Positions 21,206 to 40,556 of a stretch of DNA of 64,000 bases are shown here, piece by piece. Each line of letters starts with the position of its first letter. The first letter of the stretch is position 1. The stretch comes from the human T2T-CHM13v2.0 reference genome, Homo sapiens. The position numbers were made by a program, and so were the translations under genes. The stretch lies in assembly GCF_009914755.1 (NCBI RefSeq), contig NC_060948.1; one strand, 5' to 3'. The notes beneath the pieces were generated by a model. That model searched no databases. It saw only the letters and a list, made by a program, of their open reading frames with translations, and was not told where the DNA came from.

Positions 21206-23312
21206 AGATCCATATTTTTTAAATGAAAAAAAATTTCAAAGGTACTCTGCTTGGTACAATAATCAAATGTATAAACTGAGGAATAAAACATAACCTTGAA
21301 ACCTACTTATAACTGCATATGGAAAATACAGAGGATAATTTTTTAAATAACGTATTTTGAAAGCCTTAACTAGTAATTTGAAGAGTTGGCATTTGAAAGG
21401 CCAGTATGAATATACCTTCAAAGCAGCAACACAGGTTCCCCATGAGAAAAAGCAAACTCAGGGAAAATAAAACCACAAAGGTTCAATCTCTTCTGACCTT
21501 TGAAAGACACAGCACAGACAGTGGTCCTTAGGACGAAGAGCAGGAGACCCCTAATTCCGTCACCATGGCGATAGGGCATAAACATTGCTGGGTGAGGGCA
21601 CAATCCACATTGTGAGGTCCAACTGCTGCCAGGAAGACAGGAGTGCTTTTACATAGACCGAAAGGTCATTGAAGGCTCAGAGTTTTGTTTCAAGAACTGA
21701 ATCCCAAGCCCACACGTTATTAGGCTGCGCTTCTTCAAACAAGTTATGAGATGGGAAAAAGGGCACCCACAAACATACGTATACATTATGTATATAATAA
21801 TATACAGTATCATATATATAATATATATAACCTATGTATAATATTGTTTTACATCCTGCATCTTATGTTATATATATTGTATAAAATATAATAATTGATA
21901 ATATATAAGTTTTATATTTATACAATATGACATATAGTATATATTATAATTTATGACATATATAATATATGTTATATATCATATATAGAATATATTATAC
22001 AGTTAATATACGTATTAAATATAAATTATACATTTTATATATATTATATATAATATATCTGTTATATATAATACGCATTATGCATAATATATATATTATG
22101 TCTATGTTATATATAGTATAAAACAACATATAACAATATATAATTGTATATATAAAATGCGACATATAATATATATTATATTTTATGACATATGTAATAT
22201 ATATTATATATTGTATATAATACGTTGTATGTATAATACCTATAATAAATATATATTATATGACTATGTTATTAATTACATGTCACATATGTTATATATT
22301 ATATATTTTACATAGAATATACCGGTTACATACAATATATACTATGTTACCTATAATGTATAATTTATTACATGTAAAAAAAAGAAAGCAATATATTATG
22401 TATAATTTATAATATACAATATGTGGAATGTGATATATATAACATATAATATATGATATATGATATACAGTATATGATATATAACATACAATATATGATA
22501 CCTAATATATATGGTATACAATATATATTTTATGATATGTATTCTATATGTTTTATATTCTGTTATATGTAACTATTTGAAATTATATATAACTGTATAA
22601 TATTTTAGGTAAATATGTAATATAATATATATAACTATATAATATATTATATATAACTATATATTATGTTATATATACTTTTATAACATAATTTACATAA
22701 AATATCATAATATAATATATATTATATTATTTCATATTACATAATATATATTACATATCACCCAATATAAGTAACATACATAATATTATAATATAGATTA
22801 TATTATGTTATATTAAATATCATATATATCATGTATCATATATTCTATAATATATATTATACATTATATAATATGTATGTTGTCTGTTATGTGATATATA
22901 TAACTATATATATAATTATATTATTATACATATAACTAGATAAACATGTAATTCTACATATTTTCATTTATAATATATAGAATTATATAATCATATATAA
23001 TTATTTATATTCTATAAAAAATTATATCATTATATAAATTATAATATATAAAAATTATAATATGTATTACAAACATATATATTATATATCATATATGATA
23101 TAGTACCTTTGTTATATATCATAATACATATAAATGTGTATTATGTTATCTATAATTATATAATTTCATATATAAGGTGTATAATATGTATTATTTATTA
23201 TATATGTTATGTAATATATATAGTATATATAAGCTGACACAGGATAAATATTATATACTATGACATACAAAATATATGAGGTTATATGTTACATATAAGG
23301 CATAGCACATAA

Positions 23313-23627
<315 letters not shown>

Positions 23628-25732
23628 AGATCCATATTTTTTAAATGAAAAAAAATTTCAAAGGTACTCTGCTTGGTACAATAATCAAATGTATAAACTG
23701 AGGAATAAAACATAACCATGAAACCTACTTATAACTGCATATGGAAAATACAGAGGATAATTTTTTAAATAACATATTTTGAAAGCCTTAACTAGTAATT
23801 TGAAGAGTTGGCATTTGAAAGGCCATTATGAATATACCTTCAAAGCAGCAACACAGGTTCCCCATGAGAAAAAGCAAACTCAGGGAAAATAAAACCACAA
23901 AGGTTCAATCTCTTCTGACCTTTGAAAGACACAGCACAGACAGTGGTCCTTAGGACGAAGAGCAGGAGACCCCTAATTCCGTCACCATGGCGATAGTGCG
24001 TAAACATTGCTGGGTGAGGGCACAATCCACATTGTGAGGTCCAACTGCTGCCAGGAAGACAGGAGTGCTTTTACATAGACGGAAAGGTCATTGAAGGCTC
24101 AGAGTTTTGTTTCAAGAACTGAATCCCAAGCCCACACGTTATTAGGCTGCGCTTCTTAAAACAAGTTATGAGATGGGAAAAAGGGCACCCACAAACATAC
24201 GTATACATTATGTATATAATAATATACAGTATCATATATATAATATATATAACCTATGTATAATATTGTTTTACATCCTGCATCTTATGTTATATATATT
24301 GTATAAAATATAATAATTGATAATATATACGTTTTATATTTATACAATATGACATATAGTATATAGTATAATTTATGACATATATAATATATGTTATATA
24401 TCATATATAGAATATATTATACGGTTAATATACGTATTAAATATAAATTATACATTATATATATTATATATAATATATCTGTTATATATAATACCCATTA
24501 TGCATATTATATATATTATGTCTATGTTATATATAGTATAAAACAATATATAATAATATATAATTGTATATATAAAATGCGACATATAATATATATTATA
24601 TTTTATGACATCTGTAATATATATTATATATTATATATAATACGTTGTATGTATAATACCTATATTAAATATATATTATATGACTATGTTATTAATTACA
24701 TGTCACATGTGTTATATATTATTTATTTTACATAGAATATACCGTTTACATACAATATATAGTATGTTACCTATAATGTATAATTTATTACATGTAAAAT
24801 AAGGAATGCAATATATTATGTATAATTTATAATATACAATATGTGGAATGTGATATATATAACATATAATATATGATATATGATATAGAGTATATGATAT
24901 ACAACATACAATATATGATACCTAATATATATGGTATACAATATATATTTTATGATATGTATTCTATATGTTATATATTCTGTTATATATAACTATTTGA
25001 AATTATATATAACTGTATAATATTTTAGGTAAATATGTAGTATAATATATATAACTTTATAATATATTATATATAACTATATATTATGTTATATATACTT
25101 TTATAACATAATTTACATAAAATATCATAATATAATATATATTATATTATTTCATATTACATAATATATCTTACATATCACCCAATATAAGTAACATACA
25201 TAATATTATAATATAGATTATATTATGTTATATTAAATATCATATATATCATGTAGCATATATTCTATAATATATATTATACATTATATAATATGTATGT
25301 TGTCTATTATGTGATATATATAACTATATATATAATTATATTATTATACATATAACTAGATAAACATGTAATTCTACATATTTTCATTTATAATATATGG
25401 AATTATATAATCATATATAATTTTTTATAGTCTATAAAAAATTATACCATTATATAAATTATAATATATAAAAATTATAATATGTACTACAAATATATAT
25501 ATTATATATCATATATGATATAGTACCTTTGTTATATATCATAATACATATACATGTGTATTATGTTATCTATAATTATATAATTTCATATATAAGATGT
25601 ATAATATGTATCATATATTATATACGTTATGTAATATATATAGTATATATAAGCTGACACAGGATAAATATTATATACTATGACATATAAAATATATGAG
25701 GTTATATGTTACATATAAGGCATAGCACATAA

Positions 25733-26047
<315 letters not shown>

Positions 26048-28150
26048 AGATCCATATTTTTTAAATGAAAAAAAATTTCAAAGGTACTCTGCTTGGTACA
26101 ATAATCAAATGTATAAACTGAGGAATAAAACATAACCAGGAAACCTACTTATAACTGCATATGGAAAATACAGAGGATAATTTTTTAAATAACATATTTT
26201 GAAAGCCTTAACTAGTAATTTGAAGAGTTGGCATTTGAAAGGCCAGTATGAATATACCTTCAAAGCAGCAACACAGGTTCCCCATGAGAAAAAGCAAACT
26301 CAGGGAAAATAAAACCACAAAGGTTCAATCTCTTCTGACCTTTGAAAGACACAGCACAGACAGTGGTCCTTAGCACGAAGAGCAGGAGACCCCTAATTCC
26401 GTCACCATGGCGATAGGGCATAAACATTGCTGGGTGAGGGCACAATCCACATTGTGAGGTCCAACTGCTGCCAGGAAGACAGGAGTGCTTTTACATAGAC
26501 CGAAAGGTCATTGAAGGCTCAGAGTTTTGTTTCAAGAACTGAATCCCAAGCCAAAACGTTATTAGGCTGCGCTTCTTAAAACAAGTTATGAGATGGGAAA
26601 ACGGGCACCCACAAACATACGTATACATTATGTATATAATAATATACAGTATCATATATATAATATATATAACCTATGTATAATATTGTTTTACATCCTG
26701 CATCTTATGTTATATATATTTTATAAAATATAATAATTGATAATGTATAATTTTTATATTTATACAATATGACATATAGTATATATTATAATTTATGACA
26801 TATATAATATATGTTATATATCATATATAGAATATATTATACGGTTAATATACGTATTAAATATAAATTATACCTTATATATATTATATATAATATATCT
26901 GTTATATATAATACGCATTATGCATAATATATATATTATGTCTATGTTATATATAGTATAAAACAACATATAATAATATATAATTGTATATATAAAATGC
27001 GACATATAATATATATTATATTTTATGACATATGTAATATATATTATATATTATATATAATACGTTGTATGTATAATACCTATATTAAATATATATTATA
27101 TGACCATGTTATTAATTACATGTCACATATGTTATATATTATATATTTTACATAGAATATACCGGTTACATACAATATATACTATGTTACCTATAATGTA
27201 TAATTTATTACATGTAAAAAAAAGAAAGCAATATATTATGTATAATTTATAATATACAATATGTGGAATGTGATATATATAACATATAATATATGATATA
27301 TGATATACAGTATATGATATATAACATACAATATATGATACCTAATATATATGGTATACAATATATATTTTATGATATGTATTCTATATGTTTTATATTC
27401 TGTTATATGTAACTATTTGAAATTATATATAACTGTATAATATTTTATGTAAATATGTAATAGAATATATATATCTATATAATATATTATATATAACTAT
27501 ATATTATGTTATATATACTTTTATAACATAATTTACATAAAATATCATAATATAATATATATTATATTATTTCATATTACATAATATATATTACATATCA
27601 CCCAATATAAGTAACATACATAATAGTATAATATAGATTATATTATGTTATATTAAATATCATGTATATCATGTATCATATATTCTATAATATATATTAT
27701 ACATTATATAATATGTATGTTGTCTATTATGTGATATATATAAATATATATAATTATATTATTATACATATATCTAGCTAACCATGTAATTCTACATATT
27801 TTCATTTATAATATATAGAATTATATAATCATATATAATTATTTATATTCTATAAAAAATTATATCATTATATAAATTATAATATATAAAAATTATAATA
27901 TGTACTACAAATATATATATTATATATCATATATGATATAGTACCTTTGTTATATATCATAATACATATAAATGTGTATTATGTTATCTATAATTATATA
28001 ATTTCATATATAAGTTGTATAATATGTATTATATATTATATATGTTATGTAATATATATAGTATATATAAGATGACACAGGATAAATATTATATACTATG
28101 ACATATAAAATATATGAGGTTATATGTTTCATATAAGGCATAGCACATAA

Positions 28151-28465
<315 letters not shown>

Positions 28466-30570
28466 AGATCCATATTTTTTAAATGAAAAAAAATTTCAAA
28501 GGTACTCTGCTTGGTACAATAATCAAATGTATAAACTGAGGAATAAAACATAACCTTGAAACCTACTTATAACTGCATATGGAAAATACAGAGGATAATT
28601 TTTTAAATAACGTATTTTGAAAGCCTTAACTAGTAATTTGAAGAGTTGGCATTTGAAAGGCCAGTATGAATATACCTTCAAAGCAGCAACACAGGTTCCC
28701 CATGAGAAAAAGCAAACTCAGGGAAAATAAAACCACAAAGGTTCAATCTCTTCTGACCTTTGAAAGACACAGCACAGACAGTGGTCCTTAGGACGAAGAG
28801 CAGGAGACCCCTAATTCCGTCACCATGGCGATAGGGCATAAACATTGCTGGGTGAGGGCACAATCCACATTGTGAGGTCCAACTGCTGCCAGGAAGACAG
28901 GAGTGCTTTTACATAGACCGAAAGGTCATTGAAGGCTCAGAGTTTTGTTTCAAGAACTGAATCCCAAGCCCACACGTTATTAGGCTGCGCTTCTTCAAAC
29001 AAGTTATGAGATGGGAAAAAGGGCACCCACAAACATACGTATACATTATGTATATAATAATATACAGTATCATATATATAATATATATAACCTATGTATA
29101 ATATTGTTTTACATCCTGCATCTTATGTTATATATATTGTATAAAATATAATAATTGATAATATATAAGTTTTATATTTATACAATATGACATATAGTAT
29201 ATATTATAATTTATGACATATATAATATATGTTATATATCATATATAGAATATATTATACAGTTAATATACGTATTAAATATAAATTATACATTTTATAT
29301 ATATTATATATAATATATCTGTTATATATAATACGCATTATGCATAATATATATATTATGTCTATGTTATATATAGTATAAAACAACATATAACAATATA
29401 TAATTGTATATATAAAATGCGACATATAATATATATTATATTTTATGACATATGTAATATATATTATATATTGTATATAATACGTTGTATGTATAATACC
29501 TATAATAAATATATATTATATGACTATGTTATTAATTACATGTCACATATGTTATATATTATATATTTTACATAGAATATACCGGTTACATACAATATAT
29601 ACTATGTTACCTATAATGTATAATTTATTACATGTAAAAAAAAGAAAGCAATATATTATGTATAATTTATAATATACAATATGTGGAATGTGATATATAT
29701 AACATATAATATATGATATATGATATACAGTATATGATATATAACATACAATATATGATACCTAATATATATGGTATACAATATATATTTTATGATATGT
29801 ATTCTATATGTTTTATATTCTGTTATATGTAACTATTTGAAATTATATATAACTGTATAATATTTTAGGTAAATATGTAATATAATATATATAACTATAT
29901 AATATATTATATATAACTATATATTATGTTATATATACTTTTATAACATAATTTACATAAAATATCATAATATAATATATATTATATTATTTCATATTAC
30001 ATAATATATATTACATATCACCCAATATAAGTAACATACATAATATTATAATATAGATTATATTATGTTATATTAAATATCATATATATCATGTATCATA
30101 TATTCTATAATATATATTATACATTATATAATATGTATGTTGTCTGTTATGTGATATATATAACTATATATAATTATATTATTATACATATAACTAGATA
30201 ACCATGTAATTCTACATATTTTCATTTATAATATATAGAATTATATAATCATATATAATTATTTATATTCCATAAAAAATTATATCATTATATAAATTAT
30301 AATATATAAAAATTATAATATGTACTACAAATATATATATTATATATCATATATGATATAGTACCTTTGTTATATATCATAATACATATAAATGTGTATT
30401 ATGTTATCTATAATTATATAATTTCATATATAAGTTGTATAATATGTATTATATATTATATATGTTATGTAATATATATAGTATATATAAGATGACACAG
30501 GATAAATATTATATACTATGACATATAAAATATATGAGGTTATATGTTTCATATAAGGCATAGCACATAA

Positions 30571-30885
<315 letters not shown>

Positions 30886-33013
30886 AGATCCATATTTTTT
30901 AAATGAAAAAAAATTTCAAAGGTACTCTGCTTGGTACAATAATCAAATGTATAAACTGAGGAATAAAACATAACCATGAAACCTACTTATAACTGCATAT
31001 GGAAAATACAGAGGATAATTTTTTAAATAACGTATTTTGAAAGCCTTAACTAGTAATTTGAAGAGTTGGCATTTGAAAGGCCAGTATGAATATACCTTCA
31101 AAGCAGCAACACAGGTTCCCCATGAGAAAAAGCAAACTCAGGGAAAATAAAACCACAAAGGTTCAATCTCTTCTGACCTTTGAAAGACACAGCACAGACA
31201 GTGGTCCTTAGGACGAAGAGCAGGAGACCCCTAATTCCGTCACCATGGCGATAGGGCATAAACATTGCTGGGTGAGGGCACAATCCACATTGTGAGGTCC
31301 AACTGCTGCCAGGAAGACAGGAGTGCTTTTACATAGACCGAAAGGTCATTGAAGGCTCAGAGTTTTGTTTCAAGAACTGAATCCCAAGCCCACACGTTAT
31401 TAGGCTGCGCTTCTTCAAACAAGTTATGAGATGGGAAAAAGGGCACCCACAAACATACGTATACATTATGTATATAATAATATACAGTATCATATATATA
31501 ATATATATAACCTATGTATAATATTGTTTTACATCCTGCATCTTATGTTATATATATTGTATAAAATATAATAATTGATAATATATAAGTTTTATATTTA
31601 TACAATATGACATATAGTATATATTATAATTTATGACATATATAATATATGTTATATATCATATATAGAATATATTATACGGTTAATATATGTATTAAAT
31701 ATAAATTATAAATTATATATATTATATATAGTATATCTGCTATATATAATACCCATTATGCATAATATATATATTATGTCTATGTTATATATAGTATAAA
31801 ACAACACATAATAATATATAATTGTATATATAAAATGCGACATAAAATATATACTATATTTTATGACATATGTAATATATATTATATATTATATATAATA
31901 CGTTGTATGTATAATGCCTATATTAAATATATATTATAAGACTATGTTATTAATTACATGTCACATGTGTTATATATTATGTATTTTACATAGAATATAC
32001 CGGTTACATACAATATATACTATGTTACCTACAATGTATAATTGATTACATGTAAAATAAAGAATGCAATATATTATGTATAATTTATAATATACAATAT
32101 GTGGAATATGATATATATAACATATATTATATGATATATGATATACAGTATATGATATATAACATACAATATATGATACCTAATATATATGGTATACAAT
32201 ATATATTTTATGATACGTATTCTCTATGTTTTATATTCTGTTATATAAAACTATTTGAAATTATATATAACTGTATAATATTTTATGTAAATATGTAATA
32301 TAATATATATAACTATATAATATATTATATATAACTATATATTATGTTATATATACTTTTATAACACAATTTACATAAAATATCATAATATAATATATAT
32401 TATATTATTTCATATTACATAATATATATTACATATCACCCAACATAAGTAACATACATAATATTATAATATAGATTATATTATGATATACTAAATATCA
32501 TATATATCATGTATCACATATTCTATAATATATATTACACATTATATAATATGTATTTTGTCTATTATGTGATATATATAACTATATATATAATTATATT
32601 ATTATACATATAACTAGATAAACATGTAATTCTACATATTTTCATTTATAATATATAGAATTATATAATCATATATAATTATTTATATTCTATAAAAAAT
32701 TATATCATTATATAAATTATAATATATAAAAATTATAATATGTACTACAAATATATATATTATATATCATATATGATATAGTACCTTTGTTATATATCAT
32801 AATACGTATAAATGTGTATTATGTTATCTATAATTATATAATTTCATATATAAGATGTATAATATGTATCATATATTATATATGTTATGTAATATATATA
32901 GTATATATAAGATGACACAGGATAAATATTATATACTATGACATATAAAATATATGAGGTTATATGTTACATATAAGGCATAGCACATAACATGTAATAT
33001 ATATCATATATAA

Positions 33014-33305
33014 TTTTTTTTTAGACAGAGTCTTGTCCTGTTGCACAGGGTGGGGTACAATGGCGCCATCTTTGCTCACTGCAATATCTGCCTCATGGGT
33101 CCAAGCGATTGTCCTCCCTCAGCCTCCCAGGTAGCTGGGACTACACCACACTGGGACTACACCAGCTGCCACCATGCCTAGCTAATTTTTTGGATTTTTA
33201 GTAGTGACAGCATTTCACTGTATTGGCCAGGATGGTCTTGATCTCTTCACCTTGTGATCCCCTTGCCTTGGCCTCCAAATTTGCTGGGATTACAGGCCTG
33301 AGCCA
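33014..33305 (-). mobile_element. Alu copy, unit 14
   Basis: Same Alu; shares the unit 6 variants (CAATATCTG, CTCATGGG, CAGCATTTC). Confidence 0.93.
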
Positions 33306-35403
33306 AGATCCATATTTTTTAAATGAAAAAAAATTTCAAAGGTACTCTGCTTGGTACAATAATCAAATGTATAAACTGAGGAATAAAACATAACCAGGAA
33401 ACCTACTTATAACTGCATATGGAAAATACAGAGGATAATTTTTTAAATAACATATTTTGAAAGCCTTAACTAGTAGTTTGAAGAGTTGGCATTTGAAAGG
33501 CCAGTATGAATATACCTTCAAAGCAGCAACACAGGTTCCCCATGAGAAAAAGCAAACTCAGGGAAAATAAAACCACAAAGGTTCAATCTCTTCTGACCTT
33601 TGAAAGACACAGCACAGACAGTGGTCCTTAGGACGAAGAGCAGGAGACCCCTAATTCCGTCACCATGGCGATAGGGCATAAACATTGCTGGGTGACGGCA
33701 CAATCCACATTGTGAGGTCCAACTGCTGCCAGGAAGACAGGAGTGCTTTTACATAGACCGAAAGGTCATTGAAGGCTCAGAGTTTTGTTTCAAGAACTGA
33801 ATCCCAAGCCCACAGGTTATTAGGCTGCGCTTCTTAAAACAAGTTACGAGATGGGAAAAAGGGCACCCACAAACATACGTATACATTATGTATATAATAA
33901 TATACAGTATCATATATATAATATATATAACCTATGTATAATATTGTTTTACATCCTGCATCTTATATATATTGTATAAAATCTAATAATTGATAATATA
34001 TAAGTTTTATATTTACACTATATGACATATAGTATATATTATAATTTATGACATATATAATATATGTTATATATCATATATAGAATATATTATACGGTTA
34101 ATATACGTATTAAATATAAATTATACATTATATATATTATATATAATATATCTGTTATATATAATACCCATTATGCATAATATATATATTATGTCTATGT
34201 TATATATATTATAAAACAACATATAATAATATATAATTGTATATATAAAATGCGACATATAATATATATTATATTTTATTACACATGTAATATATATTAT
34301 ATATTATATATAATATGTTGTATGTATAATACCTATCTTAAATATATATTATATGACTATGTTATTAATTACATGTCACATGTGTTATATATTATATATT
34401 TTACATAGAATATACCGGTTACATACAATATATACAATGTTACCTATAATGTATAATTTATTACATGTAAAATAAAGAATGCAATATATTATGTATAATT
34501 TATAATATACAATATGTGGAATGTGATATATATAACCTATAATATATGATAGATGATATGCAGTATATGATATATAACATACAATATATGATACCTAATA
34601 TATATGGTATACAATATATATTTTATGATATGTATTCTATATGTTTTATATTCTGTTATATATAACTATTTGAAATTATATATAACTGTATAATATTTTA
34701 TGTAAATATGTAATATAATATATATAACTATATAATATATTATATGTAACTATATATTATGTTATAAGTACTTTTATAACAAAATTTACATAAAATATCA
34801 TAATATAATATATATTATATTATTTCATATTACATAATATATATTACGTATCACCCAATATAAGTAACATACATAATATTATAATATAGAATATATTATG
34901 TTATATTAAATATCATATATATCATGTATCATATATTCTATAATATATATTATTCATTATATAATATGTATGTTGTCTATTATGTGATATATAACTATAT
35001 ATATAATTATATTATTATTCATATAACTACATAAACATGTAATTCTACATATTTTCATTTATAATATATAGAATTATATAATCATATATAATTATTTATA
35101 TTCTATAAAAAATTATATCATTATATAAAATATAATATATAAAAATTATAATATGTACTACAAATATATATATTATATATCATATATGATATAGTACCTT
35201 TGTTATATATCATAATACATATAAATGTGTATTATGTTATCTATAATTATATAATTTCATATATATGATGTATAATATGTATCATATATTATATATGTTA
35301 TGTAATATATATAGTATATATAAGATGACACAGGATAAATATTATATACTATGACATATAAAATATATGAGGTTATATGTTACATATAAGGCATAGCACA
35401 TAA

Positions 35404-35718
<315 letters not shown>

Positions 35719-37823
35719 AGATCCATATTTTTTAAATGAAAAAAAATTTCAAAGGTACTCTGCTTGGTACAATAATCAAATGTATAAACTGAGGAATAAA
35801 ACATAACCATGAAACCTACTTATAACTGCATATGGAAAATACAGAGGATAATTTTTTAAATAACATATTTTGAAAACCTTAACTAGTAATTTGAAGAGTT
35901 GGCATTTGAAAGGCCAGTATGAATATACCTTCAAAGCAGCAACACAGGTTCCCCATGAGAAAAAGCAAACTCAGGGAAAATAAAACCACAAAGGTTCAAT
36001 CTCTTCTGACCTTTGAAAGACACAGCACAGACAGTGGTCCTTAGGACGAAGAGCAGGAGACCCCTAATTCCGTCACCATGGCGATAGGGCATAAACATTG
36101 CTGGGTGAGGGCACAATCCACATTGTGAGGTCCAAGTGCTGCCAGGAAGACAGGAGTGCTTTTACATAGACCGAAAGGTCATTGAAGGCTCAGAGTTTTG
36201 TTTCAAGAACTGAATCCCAAGCCCACACGTTATTAGGCTGCGCTTCTTAAAACAAGTTATGAGATGGGAAAAAGGGCACCCACAAACACACGTATACATT
36301 ATGTATATAATAATATACAGTATCATATATATAATATATATAACCTATGTATAATATTGTTTTACATCCTGCATCTTATGTTATATATATTGTATAAAAT
36401 ATAATAATTGATAATATATAAGTTTTATATTTATACAATATGACATATAGTATATATTATAATTTATGACATATATAATATATGTTATATATCATATATA
36501 GAATATATTATACGGTTAATATACGTATTAAATATAAATTATACATTATATATATTATATATAATATATCTGTTATATATAATACCCATTATGTATAATA
36601 TATATATTATGTCTATGTTATATATAGTATAAAACAACATATAATAATATATAATTGTATATATAAAATGCGACATATAATATATATTATATTTTATGAC
36701 ATATGTAATATATATTATATATTATATATAATACGTTGTATGTATAATACCTATATTAAATATATATTATATGACTATGTTATTAATTACATGTCACATG
36801 TGTTATATATTATTTATTTTACATAGAATATACCGGTTACATGCAATATATACTATGTTACCTATAATGTATAATTTATTACATGTAAAATAAAGAATGC
36901 AATATATTATGTATAATTTATAATATACAATATGTGGAATGTGATATATATAACATATAATATATGATATATGATATAAAGTATATGATATATAACATAC
37001 AATATATGATACCTAATATATATGATATACAATATATATTTTATGATATGTATTCTATATGTTATATATTCTGTTATATATAACTGTTTGAAATTATATA
37101 TAACTGTATAATATTTTAGGTAAATATGTAATATAATATATATAACTTTATAATATATTATATATAACTATATATTATGTTATATATACTTTTATAACAT
37201 AATTTACATAAAATATCATAATATAATAGATATTATATTATTTCATATTACATAATATATATTACATATCACCCAATATAAGTAACATACCTAATATTAT
37301 AATATAGATTATATTATGTTATATTCAATGTCATATATATCATGTATCATATATTCTATAATATATATTATACATTATATAATATGTATGTTGTCTATTA
37401 TGTGATATATATAACTATATATATAATTATATTATTATACATATAACTAGATAAACATGTAATTCTACATATTTTCATTTATAATATATAGAATTATATA
37501 ATCATATATAATTATTTATATTCTATAAAAAATTATATCATTATATAAATTATAATATATAAAAATTATAATATGTATTACAAACATATATATTATATAT
37601 CATATATGATATAGTACCTTTGTTATATATCATAATACATATAAATGTGTATTATGTTATCTATAATTATATAATTTCATATATAAGGTGTATAATATGT
37701 ATTATTTATTATATATGTTATGTAATATATATAGTATATATAAGCTGACACAGGATAAATATTATATACTATGACATACAAAATATATGAGGTTATATGT
37801 TACATATAAGGCATAGCACATAA

Positions 37824-38138
<315 letters not shown>

Positions 38139-40241
38139 AGATCCATATTTTTTAAATGAAAAAAAATTTCAAAGGTACTCTGCTTGGTACAATAATCAAA
38201 TGTATAAACTGAGGAATAAAACATAACCATGAAACCTACTTATAACTGCATATGGAAAATACAGAGGATAATTTTTTAAATAACATATTTTGAAAGCCTT
38301 AACTAGTAATTTGAAGAGTTGGCATTTGAAAGGCCATTATGAATATACCTTCAAAGCAGCAACACAGGTTCCCCATGAGAAAAAGCAAACTCAGGGAAAA
38401 TAAAACCACAAAGGTTCAATCTCTTCTGACCTTTGAAAGACACAGCACAGACAGTGGTCCTTAGGACGAAGAGCAGGAGACCCCTAATTCCGTCACCATG
38501 GCGATAGGGCATAAACATTGCTGGGTGAGGGCACAATCCACATTGTGAGGTCCAACTGCTGCCAGGAAGACAGGAGTGCTTTTACATAGACCGAAAGGTC
38601 ATTGAAGGCTCAGAGTTTTGTTTCAAGAACTAAATCCCAAGCCAAAACGTTATTAGGCTGCGCTTCTTAAAACAAGTTATGAGATGGGAAAACGGGCACC
38701 CACAAACATACGTATACATTATGTATATAATAATATACAGTATCATATATATAATATATATAACCTATGTATAATATTGTTTTACATCCTGCATCTTATG
38801 TTATATATATTTTATAAAATATAATAATTGATAATGTATAATTTTTATATTTATACAATATGACATATAGTATATATTATAATTTATGACATATATAATA
38901 TATGTTATATATCATATATAGAATATATTATACGGTTAATATACGTATTAAATATAAATTATACCTTATATATATTATATATAATATATCTGTTATATAT
39001 AATACGCATTATGCATAATATATATATTATGTCTATGTTATATATAGTATAAAACAACATATAATAATATATAATTGTATATATAAAATGCGACATATAA
39101 TATATATTATATTTTATGACATATGTAATATATATTATATATTATATATAATACGTTGTATGTATAATACCTATATTAAATATATATTATATGACCATGT
39201 TATTAATTACATGTCACATATGTTATATATTATATATTTTACATAGAATATACCGGTTACATACAATATATACTATGTTACCTATAATGTATAATTTATT
39301 ACATGTAAAAAAAAGAAAGCAATATATTATGTATAATTTATAATATACAATATGTGGAATGTGATATATATAACATATAATATATGATATATGATATACA
39401 GTATATGATATATAACATACAATATATGATACCTAATATATATGGTATACAATATATATTTTATGATATGTATTCTATATGTTTTATATTCTGTTATATG
39501 TAACTATTTGAAATTATATATAACTGTATAATATTTTATGTAAATATGTAATAGAATATATATATCTATATAATATATTATATATAACTATATATTATGT
39601 TATATATACTTTTATAACATAATTTACATAAAATATCATAATATAATATATATTATATTATTTCATATTACATAATATATATTACATATCACCCAATATA
39701 AGTAACATACATAATAGTATAATATAGATTATATTATGTTATATTAAATATCATATATATCATGTATCATATATTCTATAATATATATTATACATTATAT
39801 AATATGTATGTTGTCTATTATGTGATATATATAAATATATATAATTATATTATTATACATATAACTAGCTAACCATGTAATTCTACATATTTTCATTTAT
39901 AATATATAGAATTATATAATCATATATAATTATTTATATTCTATAAAAAATTATATCATTATATAAATTATAATATATAAAAATTATAATATGTACTACA
40001 AATATATATATTATATATCATATATGATATAGTACCTTTGTTATATATCATAATACATATAAATGTGTATTATGTTATCTATAATTATATAATTTCATAT
40101 ATAAGTTGTATAATATGTATTATATATTATATATGTTATGTAATATATATAGTATATATAAGATGACACAGGATAAATATTATATACTATGACATATAAA
40201 ATATATGAGGTTATATGTTTCATATAAGGCATAGCACATAA

Positions 40242-40556
<315 letters not shown>

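Noticed and set aside
24391-24735. 114-aa Y/I/N-rich ORF (also at 43740 and 53418)
   Set aside because: It is a translation of TA-rich low-complexity DNA, open by chance in B monomers only.
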